A stretch of DNA of 64,000 bases from NCBI GenBank assembly GCA_964554625.1, contig CAZKPL010000001.1, positions 10,876 through 74,875 on the forward strand, read 5' to 3'. Positions 56,243 to 64,000 of this stretch are shown piece after piece (the first letter of the stretch is position 1; each line of letters starts with the position of its first letter). The notes beneath the pieces were generated by a model. That model was not told the origin of the DNA. It worked only from the letters and a program-made list of their open reading frames with translations, and did no database searches. This DNA is from an uncultured Nitrosomonas sp. (GTDB lineage Bacteria > Pseudomonadota > Gammaproteobacteria > Burkholderiales > Nitrosomonadaceae). A program made the position numbers and the translations under genes.

Positions 56243-58441
56243 TCAACTCGCCAGTCTGGAAATATCAGCTACTCGATTCATGACTTGTTGAAGCTTTTTA
56301 AGCAAAGCCAGGCGATTGTTACGCAGCCTGTCATCATCGGTATTAACCATGACATGATCAAAGAAAGTATCAACGGGTGCCTTCAATGCTGCGAGGATTT
56401 GCAAGGCAATCGTGTAATCCTTCTCCAGGAAGGCCTCATCCACTTTGTCTTGCATCTCGATCAACGCTTGATACAGCGCCTGCTCAGCAGGCGCCTGTAA
56501 ATGTTCAGCATCCACCTGTGAGCCGATATCAACAGCGACCTTCTTGAGAATATTACTCACACGCTTGTTGGCAGCCGCAAGACTGGCTGCCTCTGGCAAG
56601 GAAGCAAAAGCACGCACAGCGGTAAGCCGTTTGGGAACATCATTTAAATGCTGGGGATGAAGCGCCAATACCGCATCCACTTCTTGCGCGCTATAGCCCT
56701 GCTCACGCAAACTCCCGGCCAGGCGATCATAGATAAATTCCAGCAATTGCCCGTTCACCTCGGCAGATATCCGATGCCGTGCATGATTCCGGACCGCTAT
56801 TTCACCAGCCTGAACAGTTGGCTTTTGAAATGCCACTTGTTGCGCCCATTGTTCCGCAATCCGTTCATCCTGGAGAATGTCAATGATTCGCTCAAGCAGT
56901 CTCTCCATTTCGAGCGGTAAATCCTTTTCAATGAGGATACGAATCACGCCCAGTGCATGGCGGCGCAAAGCAAAAGGATCCTTGTCTCCGGTGGGAATCT
57001 GGCCAATACCAAACAGATTGATCAAGGTTTCAAGCTTGTCCGCCAGTGCCACACAGACACCAACCAGATTACGTGGCAGCACATCGCCCGCAAAACGGGG
57101 TTTGTAGTGATCTTCTATCGCAAAAGCAATCGCACCGCCTATACCCTCATGCTGGGCATAGTAGCGCCCCATAATACCCTGAAGCTCGGGAAATTCTCCG
57201 ACCATGTCGGTCAGCAAATCCGCTTTAGCTAATCTCGCCGCTTCCCCTGCTTGTTCTGCCAGCGCATTTCCACCCAGCATTTGCCCGATTTCGTGCGCAA
57301 TAGCGCGCACGTATTCTATACGCAGACCTTGCGTACCCAGCTGATGATGGTAAACCACCTTGTCCAGTCCGGGAATGCGTGAAGCCAATGTATTCTTTCG
57401 GTCCTGATCAAAGAAAAATTTTGCATCGGCCAGACGAGAGCGCACGACGCGTTCATTCCCATCGATCACCAAGTGAGCATCTACAGGGCAGATGTTCGAT
57501 ACCATCAGAAAGGTATTCACCAGCTTCCCATTGCTATCCAGCAGCGGGAAGTATTTCTGATTGGCTTTCATCGTCAGAATCAGGCATTCCTGCGGCACTT
57601 CAAGAAATTCTGACGGAAATTTGCCTATGAGCACGTTAGGATGCTCTACCAGGGCTGTTACTTCATCCAGCAAGGCCTCATCCTGAATAAGCTGCAAATT
57701 TTCCTTAGCTGCAGCCGCAATAAGCTGATTTGAGATCCTGGTACGGCGCTCAGCAAAGCTGGCAATAACGGCGCCTTCTGTTTCCAGTTGCTGAGCATAG
57801 CTATCCGCTTCCCTAATGACGATGGAATGAATGCTCGCTTCGAAGCGATGGCCTTGTGTCACTTGACTGGCAGCCAAACCCAACACGCTCACAGGAACGA
57901 CCTCCGTGCCATGCAATGCGGTCAGCCCATGTGCTGGACGAACGAAATTGACACTCTCCCAGCCATCTGCCAGCTGATAGGTCATCACCTTGGGTATAGG
58001 TAATTGCGCAATCGCATCATCGAGCGCTTGCTGCAATCCCTCAGCAAGCACAATACCCGGCACAACACGCTCGAGGAAAAGAGTTTCAGATTTACCCTCC
58101 ATAACCCGGCTCAGCTGCGAAACAACAAATGCATCCACACCTAATCCGCTCAATTTCTTGATCAAAGCCGGAGTAGCCCGCCCTTCCCCATCCAAGCCCA
58201 CTGCGACGGGCATTAGCTTGGTCGTCACGACCCGATCGGAAGCCTGCGCCAAAACCTGTGTGATATGCGCTGCCAGTCTGCGCGGCGTGGCATAGGCAGT
58301 CACCACTGCATCAGGCGTAACGAGATTCTGAGTCTTCAAGCTATTTATCAGTATTTCAGCAAAACTCACGCCCATTTTATTCAACGATTGGGGGGGTAGC
58401 TCTTCGACCAACAGTTCTATAAGCAGATTTCTTGTTACCAT
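56243..58441 (-). CDS. glyS: Glycine--tRNA ligase beta subunit
   Basis: The ORF runs to 58477. The conserved start MVTRNLLIELLVEELPP is at 58441, directly after the glyQ stop. Full-length GlyS-like sequence. Confidence 0.93.
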   Translation of the reverse strand: MVTRNLLIELLVEELPPQSLNKMGVSFAEILINSLKTQNLVTPDAVVTAYATPRRLAAHITQVLAQASDRVVTTKLMPVAVGLDGEGRATPALIKKLSGLGVDAFVVSQLSRVMEGKSETLFLERVVPGIVLAEGLQQALDDAIAQLPIPKVMTYQLADGWESVNFVRPAHGLTALHGTEVVPVSVLGLAASQVTQGHRFEASIHSIVIREADSYAQQLETEGAVIASFAERRTRISNQLIAAAAKENLQLIQDEALLDEVTALVEHPNVLIGKFPSEFLEVPQECLILTMKANQKYFPLLDSNGKLVNTFLMVSNICPVDAHLVIDGNERVVRSRLADAKFFFDQDRKNTLASRIPGLDKVVYHHQLGTQGLRIEYVRAIAHEIGQMLGGNALAEQAGEAARLAKADLLTDMVGEFPELQGIMGRYYAQHEGIGGAIAFAIEDHYKPRFAGDVLPRNLVGVCVALADKLETLINLFGIGQIPTGDKDPFALRRHALGVIRILIEKDLPLEMERLLERIIDILQDERIAEQWAQQVAFQKPTVQAGEIAVRNHARHRISAEVNGQLLEFIYDRLAGSLREQGYSAQEVDAVLALHPQHLNDVPKRLTAVRAFASLPEAASLAAANKRVSNILKKVAVDIGSQVDAEHLQAPAEQALYQALIEMQDKVDEAFLEKDYTIALQILAALKAPVDTFFDHVMVNTDDDRLRNNRLALLKKLQQVMNRVADISRLAS

Positions 58442-58443
58442 GT

Positions 58444-59373
58444 TCACCCTGCTTTCTTGGACATTTGCGCCACCCATTCACGGGGAGCCAAGGGAAAGGA
58501 AGGCTGCAAACGTTCACGGCTATCGTAATACGCCTGCGCTACACGACGCGCGAGATTACGGATACGCGCGATATAGGCTGCCCGCTCGGTTACCGAAATG
58601 GCTCCCCGGGCATCCAATAAATTGAAGCTGTGCGCCGCTTTTAGGACTTGTTCGTAGGCAGGTAACGGTAATTGTTTCTCCATCAGACCATTGGCCTGCT
58701 CTTCATATTTACCAAAAGCCAGAAATAGGAATTCGGTATCGCTGCATTCAAAATTATAAGTCGATTGCTCGACTTCATTTTGATGATAGACGTCGCCGTA
58801 GCTGAGTCCTTCTGTCCAGGTTAAATCAAAAACATTCTCCACCCCTTGCAGATACATGGCCAGACGCTCCAACCCATAAGTAATCTCACCCGTAATTGGC
58901 CGGCAATGGATACCCCCGACTTGCTGAAAATAGGTAAATTGCGTTACCTCCATGCCATTCAGCCATACTTCCCAGCCCAGTCCCCAAGCGCCAAGCGTTG
59001 GATTTTCCCAATCATCTTCAACCAGCCGCACATCGTTCTGCTTCAAATCCAAACCCAACGTCTGAAGTGAACCAAAATATAAATCCAGAATATTTTGTGG
59101 TGCCGGTTTCAATACCACCTGATATTGATAATAATGCTGCAGCCGATTCGGATTATTGCCATAACGGCCATCCTTGGGACGGCGTGATGGTTGCACATAG
59201 GCTGCACGCCAGGGCTCTGGCCCCAGTGCGCGTAAAAAGGTAGCAGTATGGCTGGTGCCAGCACCTACTTCCATATCATAAGGCTGCAACAAAGCACAAC
59301 CCTCCTTGCTCCAATAATGCTGGAGCGTCAGAATCATTTCCTGAAAGGTCGGTGTAGGCATCAATGTAGACAA
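58444..59373 (-). CDS. glyQ: Glycine--tRNA ligase alpha subunit
   Basis: 309 aa. [31 protein letters not shown] and [10 protein letters not shown]. Confidence 0.95.
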   Translation of the reverse strand: MSTLMPTPTFQEMILTLQHYWSKEGCALLQPYDMEVGAGTSHTATFLRALGPEPWRAAYVQPSRRPKDGRYGNNPNRLQHYYQYQVVLKPAPQNILDLYFGSLQTLGLDLKQNDVRLVEDDWENPTLGAWGLGWEVWLNGMEVTQFTYFQQVGGIHCRPITGEITYGLERLAMYLQGVENVFDLTWTEGLSYGDVYHQNEVEQSTYNFECSDTEFLFLAFGKYEEQANGLMEKQLPLPAYEQVLKAAHSFNLLDARGAISVTERAAYIARIRNLARRVAQAYYDSRERLQPSFPLAPREWVAQMSKKAG

Positions 59374-59415
59374 AAAAATTAGCTCGGAGTGGTTGTATTG
59401 ATCATGCCTAGCATT

Positions 59416-60918
59416 TTACAGGGTTTTACGTTTTCCATAAAAAAAGACTGACAGCCAGCCGATGACTAGAAGTAATCCTGCCCCCCCTAATACCAGACTA
59501 TTGCCAACACGCACATATGGTGTGGTGCCTGAATAGCCTTGTGCTATCCCATGCAGAGCTGCGGTGGTAAACATTTCCAATTCCTGCAAGACCTTACCTC
59601 GTTGATCAATGATGGCGGTTACCCCGGTATTGGTGGCGCGCAACATATATCGACCCGTTTCCAAGGCGCGCATCTGCGAAATCTGTAGGTGCTGCCGCGG
59701 GCCAATGGAGCGCCCAAACCAGGCATCATTGCTGACATTCACCAGCAATGATGCCTGAGGCAGCTGCCTGATGATTTCTTCACCGAATACATCCTCATAG
59801 CAAATATTGATTGCCACTGTTTGTCCAGCCAAATGCAGAGGCTGCTGATCCAGTGCCCCGCGTGAGAAATCCGACAAAGGTATATTCAACACCTGGATAA
59901 TCCAGCCAAATACCGATTTTAACGGGATATATTCTCCAAATGGCACCAGATGATGCTTCCGGTAGCGCTGTTCGGGAGATATCCCCAGGCTGAACATGGT
60001 ATTGTAGTATTCATTTCTGTCCGGGGATGCCGATTCAGCCATGCCGATCAGCACATCCCCATTATTTGCTCTCGCATGGACAGCAAGCTCTGACAGGTAA
60101 TCAACCGGTACATCTTCGTGAAACAAAGGAATCGATATTTCGGGTGTAACAATCAACCGGCTTTCACTTTCCCGAATAAGTCCCGCGTAAGTATCCATCG
60201 TCGTTACCACGTGATCTTCCCGCCATTTCAAATTCTGTGCAATATTTCCCTGCAATAGACTCACTGCCACAGGATCACCCTGAGGGGTGGTCCAGCTTAT
60301 CCACTGCAACCCCAGACCCAATCCCCAGACACCGGCCAGAAAGTATAAAAATCGCCAGGTGCGCTTTTGCTCAAACCAAGATGTTAACCACGCAGCACTC
60401 AAAACCAGCAGAAATGAAATGCCATAGACACCCACTACTGGAGCAAAGCCTGAGAAAGGACTATAGGGCGCCTGTGAATACCCTACTGTTAGCCAAGGAA
60501 AGCCTGTAAACAGGGTGCCTCGCAACCATTCTGACAACATCCATAACGATGCCACCATCCATGGCCAAATACTGGGCGCAACAGCGCGTAATCTTACCAA
60601 AATCCAGCCAGTTAACGCCGGGAAAAGCGAGAGATAAGCGCAAAGCAAGATCAAAGCCAATACAGCCAGCGGCATTGACATGTTGCCAAAATCATGCAGA
60701 CTGACATAAATCCAGGTTACACCCGCACCAAATATTCCCATGCCAAAAGAAAAACCCAATATGGCTGCACTAAAAGGCTTTACGCTCTTACGCCAGAAAT
60801 AGAATAACAACGCCAGTGTAATAAAGGGTATTGGAAAAAAATAAAATGGTGCAAAGCCCAGAACAGTCAGCGCACCCAACAGGAAGGCGATGATTATTTT
60901 CAAGTTAATTTGATTCAA
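59416..60918 (-). CDS. lnt: Apolipoprotein N-acyltransferase
   Basis: 500 aa. About seven N-terminal TM segments, and a C-terminal nitrilase-like CN-hydrolase domain with ICYEDVF (catalytic Cys) and VNVSNDAWFG. Confidence 0.9.
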   Translation of the reverse strand: MNQINLKIIIAFLLGALTVLGFAPFYFFPIPFITLALLFYFWRKSVKPFSAAILGFSFGMGIFGAGVTWIYVSLHDFGNMSMPLAVLALILLCAYLSLFPALTGWILVRLRAVAPSIWPWMVASLWMLSEWLRGTLFTGFPWLTVGYSQAPYSPFSGFAPVVGVYGISFLLVLSAAWLTSWFEQKRTWRFLYFLAGVWGLGLGLQWISWTTPQGDPVAVSLLQGNIAQNLKWREDHVVTTMDTYAGLIRESESRLIVTPEISIPLFHEDVPVDYLSELAVHARANNGDVLIGMAESASPDRNEYYNTMFSLGISPEQRYRKHHLVPFGEYIPLKSVFGWIIQVLNIPLSDFSRGALDQQPLHLAGQTVAINICYEDVFGEEIIRQLPQASLLVNVSNDAWFGRSIGPRQHLQISQMRALETGRYMLRATNTGVTAIIDQRGKVLQELEMFTTAALHGIAQGYSGTTPYVRVGNSLVLGGAGLLLVIGWLSVFFYGKRKTL

Positions 60919-60983
60919 TCCGGATCAGCAAACAAAAAAGTTTCAAGTGAATGACTTCGGACAACGACTGGAAAAATCAGAAA

Positions 60984-61352
60984 TTATAGCTTGTTTATTT
61001 CCATAATCAGCTTGAATGGCAAGTAAAGCAGGACTACTACAATCAATAAATAGGCAATAAACAAGATGGGATTTTCCTTCAAGCTATCCAGCACTGTTTT
61101 GTTTTTTCCTTCTCTTTTGAGTCGCGCATACTCTTCCCGGACACGAATAGAACGTGCTTTCTGATAAGCATCGAGTAATTTTTTTGCTTCCTGGTACTGA
61201 TGCTCATCCCTTACCCAGAGCGCTGGCATGGAAACCCCCCAATTGCCTGCAGATGTCTCATAATAATCGATATGATGACTAGTCAGTAACTCGCGCACTT
61301 CCTCTGCCTCATCATCTGGAATATTTCTAAGCCTAAACAATATCTTTGACAT
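60984..61352 (-). CDS. Hypothetical protein with a C-terminal membrane anchor
   Basis: 122 aa. Soluble acidic N-domain (NIPDDEAEEVRELL) and a C-terminal TM ILFIAYLLIVVVLLYLPF. Function unknown. Confidence 0.55.
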   Translation of the reverse strand: MSKILFRLRNIPDDEAEEVRELLTSHHIDYYETSAGNWGVSMPALWVRDEHQYQEAKKLLDAYQKARSIRVREEYARLKREGKNKTVLDSLKENPILFIAYLLIVVVLLYLPFKLIMEINKL

Positions 61353-61474
61353 TTACCCGGTTGTGATCATAGTAAGATCATTTGCAATGAATTTATCAGC
61401 ATGATGCTATGATTATGCCCTTTCTTGTGTCAAGCCCAAGGCAAACAAATGTTTCTCCAGGTTATACTCGATTG

Positions 61475-62311
61475 ATGAAAAAATCTATTTTAATCACAGG
61501 CTGCTCCAGTGGAATTGGTTACTGTGTCGCCCATGCATTGCATAAACGAGGTTATCGGGTATTCGCAACCGCACGGCGGCAGGAAAGCGTGGCAACGTTA
61601 TTAGCTGAAGGACTGGAAAGCCTACGTCTGGATTTAGATGATTCAGGCTCGATTCAGCAGGCATTCGCAGAAATCATGCATCGCACCGGCGGAGAATTGT
61701 ATGCCCTGTTTAATAATGGCGCCTACGGCCTCCCAGGTGCCGTCGAAGATCTGAGTCGTAGCGCCTTACGCGCACAATTTGAAACCAATGTCTTTGGCTG
61801 GCTGGAATTAATCAACCTGGTGTTGCCTGTCATGCGCAAGCAAGGCTATGGCCGGATTATCCAGAATAGCTCTGTTCTGGGTTTTGCCGCCATGCCATTT
61901 CGCGGCGCCTACAATGCCTCCAAGTATGCGATCGAAGGGTTGAGCGATACACTCCGCATTGAATTGATGGGGAGTGAAATCTTTGTCAGCCTGATCGAAC
62001 CAGGGCCGATTGCCACTCAATTTCGAGCCAATGCGCTCAAGGCATTGCAGAAATACATCAATATAGACAATAGCTTCCATCGGGATAAATATCTCGCAGT
62101 ATTGAATCGGCTGAACAAGCAAGGACCAGCCGTTCCTTTTACGCTGCCGCCAGAAGCCGTGCTCAAACGAGTCATCCACGCACTTGAGGCACGCACGCCC
62201 CGACCACGTTATTATGTTACTGTTCCCACTTATTTATTTGGCTTTCTCAAACGCATCCTGAGTACTCGCTTACTGGATAGACTGCTCGCCAAAGCTGGAA
62301 ATAGTAATTAA
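61475..62311 (+). CDS. Short-chain dehydrogenase/reductase (SDR)
   Basis: ORF from 61409. The likely start is MKKSILITGCSSGIGY at 61475. NNGA motif and catalytic YNASK. Confidence 0.88.
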   Translation: MKKSILITGCSSGIGYCVAHALHKRGYRVFATARRQESVATLLAEGLESLRLDLDDSGSIQQAFAEIMHRTGGELYALFNNGAYGLPGAVEDLSRSALRAQFETNVFGWLELINLVLPVMRKQGYGRIIQNSSVLGFAAMPFRGAYNASKYAIEGLSDTLRIELMGSEIFVSLIEPGPIATQFRANALKALQKYINIDNSFHRDKYLAVLNRLNKQGPAVPFTLPPEAVLKRVIHALEARTPRPRYYVTVPTYLFGFLKRILSTRLLDRLLAKAGNSN

Positions 62312-62374
62312 GCCTAGCTTTCCCATTGGGGAATTTTCTAATGGAAAATCTGGGTTAATATACAAGCAAGCCAT

Positions 62375-62407
62375 AAAAAAAACGCCCCACCAATATGCAG
62401 CGGGGCG
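62375..62407 (-). terminator. Rho-independent terminator for the minus-strand OMP gene
   Basis: On the minus strand: CGCCCC - 13 nt loop - GGGGCG, followed by T8. Confidence 0.6.
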
Positions 62408-62568
62408 CAAAGGCTTCGTCACAAAACCATTCTCTAGACACAATGACCTTGCTAGAAACAAGAGAAGAAAAATACAACCAATTTAAAACACAACTAGGGA
62501 CTACACCTCACAGCTACGAGCAACAATTACTAGGGAGGCAAGCATTCACATCCCCTGAACTCCAATCG

Positions 62569-63459
62569 TCAAAAACCGATTCCAAGATACGCGCCTGCAG
62601 TTAAGCCACTGAGATTGACACCATCGGTCTTGCCAAATGTCTCGTGATAACGAGCATCTACACCAAGATAGAATTCTTTCCAGATTCGATAATCGGCACC
62701 CGCGGCAAACATCATGCCAGGCGCCAAGACTGTAATGGATTCTGTCGGCGGACTGACCACATGAAGCGCAAACCCTGCCGGAATGATCCAGGGTCTAAAG
62801 TCGCTACCTTCCAGAAATTTAATTTTCGGTGCAGCTGACAAAGTAAATTGGGTTACCGTTACATCCCGCGGATTCAAAGTTCCGCCTGCCAACTGTGTGG
62901 GAGCGTTGGCTAGCGCATTACCTTGCGACACGCCAAAGCGCTTATATTCAAACATCAATTCAGCAAAGATATCCGTCTTGGGCATCATGCCCCAGGCATC
63001 TCTTGTTAAGCTCCAATCAAATCCTGCCCCAATATACCAGCCATCATTGTCTCCTGCCTCCTGCGCACCGAGCGGCGCGACATTACTTTGCAGTGTTACG
63101 CCATTTCGGCCCTGTAAATTATGCGCGTAGCCGCCACGGAAAAAAAGCATATTATGATGATGTTCGCGTTCCATAGTAGATTGCTCTGCCTGAACTTGCT
63201 TAATTTCCCGGTCTCCCCGCACAACATCTTCTTTTACCTTCCTAATCTCCAATTGATCTTGAGCAGCCTTATCTTTTACTTGATTGAGCTCTTGCCGAAT
63301 AGCTTTCAATTGACTTTCCAATAATTGGATCTGCTGCTCCAGAGCACGGGTTGATGTATCGTGTGCAAATGCTTGCGATGCTACCATCGTCATGGTAATG
63401 GTAAGTGAGCTCACTACTGCACTGGCAACTAACCGCATTTTATGACGCAATGGCCTCAT
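62569..63459 (-). CDS. Outer-membrane beta-barrel protein with an N-terminal coiled coil
   Basis: 296 aa. Signal peptide ending SQAFA. Coiled coil [25 protein letters not shown]. Small barrel with alternating strands, ending YLGIGF. Confidence 0.75.
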   Translation of the reverse strand: MRPLRHKMRLVASAVVSSLTITMTMVASQAFAHDTSTRALEQQIQLLESQLKAIRQELNQVKDKAAQDQLEIRKVKEDVVRGDREIKQVQAEQSTMEREHHHNMLFFRGGYAHNLQGRNGVTLQSNVAPLGAQEAGDNDGWYIGAGFDWSLTRDAWGMMPKTDIFAELMFEYKRFGVSQGNALANAPTQLAGGTLNPRDVTVTQFTLSAAPKIKFLEGSDFRPWIIPAGFALHVVSPPTESITVLAPGMMFAAGADYRIWKEFYLGVDARYHETFGKTDGVNLSGLTAGAYLGIGF

Positions 63460-63580
63460 TCCACTCTCCTTTTTATTTATTTTATCTATTCAAATAAGCC
63501 TACGGTCAATAATAGAAAAACATTACCCTATACACCTTGATCTAAATCAAAGTTTATCTATTTCAGCAGAGAATACACTT

Positions 63581-64000
63581 ATGATTCATTGGCTAACTCC
63601 AAATGACAAATATTTCCCACCCCTCGAAATGGCTCTTGATGAGCCCAATGGGTTAATCGCTGCGGGCGGCAACTTATCATCACAACGCCTGCTGAGCGCG
63701 TATCGTTGCGGAATCTTTCCCTGGTTCAATCAGGGAGAACCGATTTTATGGTGGAGCCCGGATCCGCGCATGGTGCTGTTTCCTCACGAATTAAAAATAT
63801 CCCGCTCGCTTCACAAAACGCTGAAGAAACACCATTATGAAATTCGTACCGATAGCGCCTTTACCTCGGTCATGCAGGCTTGTGCAGCGCCGCGTAAAGA
63901 ACAGGAAGGCACCTGGATACACCCGGAAATGATTTCAGCCTATACTGCGTTACATGAATTAGGCGTAGCCCACTCCGTGGAAACCTGGATCGAGGGGGAA
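63581..64000 (+). CDS. aat: Leucyl/phenylalanyl-tRNA--protein transferase, 5-prime part (runs off window)
   Basis: Own translation: [83 protein letters not shown]...[27 protein letters not shown]. All classic L/F-transferase motifs are present. Confidence 0.9.
   Translation, partial: MIHWLTPNDKYFPPLEMALDEPNGLIAAGGNLSSQRLLSAYRCGIFPWFNQGEPILWWSPDPRMVLFPHELKISRSLHKTLKKHHYEIRTDSAFTSVMQACAAPRKEQEGTWIHPEMISAYTALHELGVAHSVETWIEGE

Overview
This 64 kb window reads as a chromosomal segment of a moderately AT-rich betaproteobacterium, probably an ammonia oxidiser of the Nitrosomonas type. That placement is an inference from an SmbP-like His-rich periplasmic protein, a cytochrome P460-family protein, a class II c-type cytochrome and the hisCBHAFIE-HIT-tatABC layout. 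No database search was possible.

Most of the window is ordinary housekeeping or accessory coding sequence:
- kup and HU.
- A Zn alcohol dehydrogenase.
- A P-type ATPase.
- A DevBCA-type ABC exporter.
- An aldehyde dehydrogenase.
- A histidine kinase / CheY / REC-PAS-GGDEF-EAL operon.
- An MscK-like channel.
- tatABC and seven his genes.
- A glycerophosphodiester / glycerol-3-phosphate / FGGY-kinase cluster.
- A penicillin-acylase-family Ntn hydrolase.
- An Lpp/OprI-like lipoprotein next to an L,D-transpeptidase.
- plsC, gmhB, glyQS, lnt and aat.

No rRNA, tRNA or CRISPR array was seen.

The stand-out region is 36.9-43.7 kb. A cytoplasmic PAS/HisKA_3 kinase and a LuxR-type regulator sit upstream of a five-gene plus-strand cluster, which encodes:
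- An extreme Asn/Ser/Asp low-complexity secreted repeat protein.
- Two small secreted proteins.
- A periplasmic C39 cysteine peptidase with intact catalytic residues.
- An outer-membrane protein built as signal peptide, coiled coil, Pro-rich linker and beta-barrel.

The peptidase / small protein / barrel order and the barrel architecture resemble FapD-FapE-FapF of the Pseudomonas functional-amyloid system. The putative subunits do not look like FapB/FapC as I remember them. They share their own C-terminal G-x-G...V(I)QN...N...Q module. Two of them also carry a double-glycine-leader-like ELxxxRG(G) motif downstream of a Sec signal peptide. I flag this as a candidate divergent or undescribed secreted-fibre system.

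Other notable points:
- Two IS630-family transposase relics.
- A GC-rich glycosyltransferase islet abutting a decayed umuD-like gene.
- An EAL domain with its signature Glu lost.
- A gmhB with a DxN instead of DxD catalytic motif.
- A P460-family protein that appears to have Met at the cross-link Lys position.

All functional calls rest on my reading of the supplied translations and on remembered family motifs.
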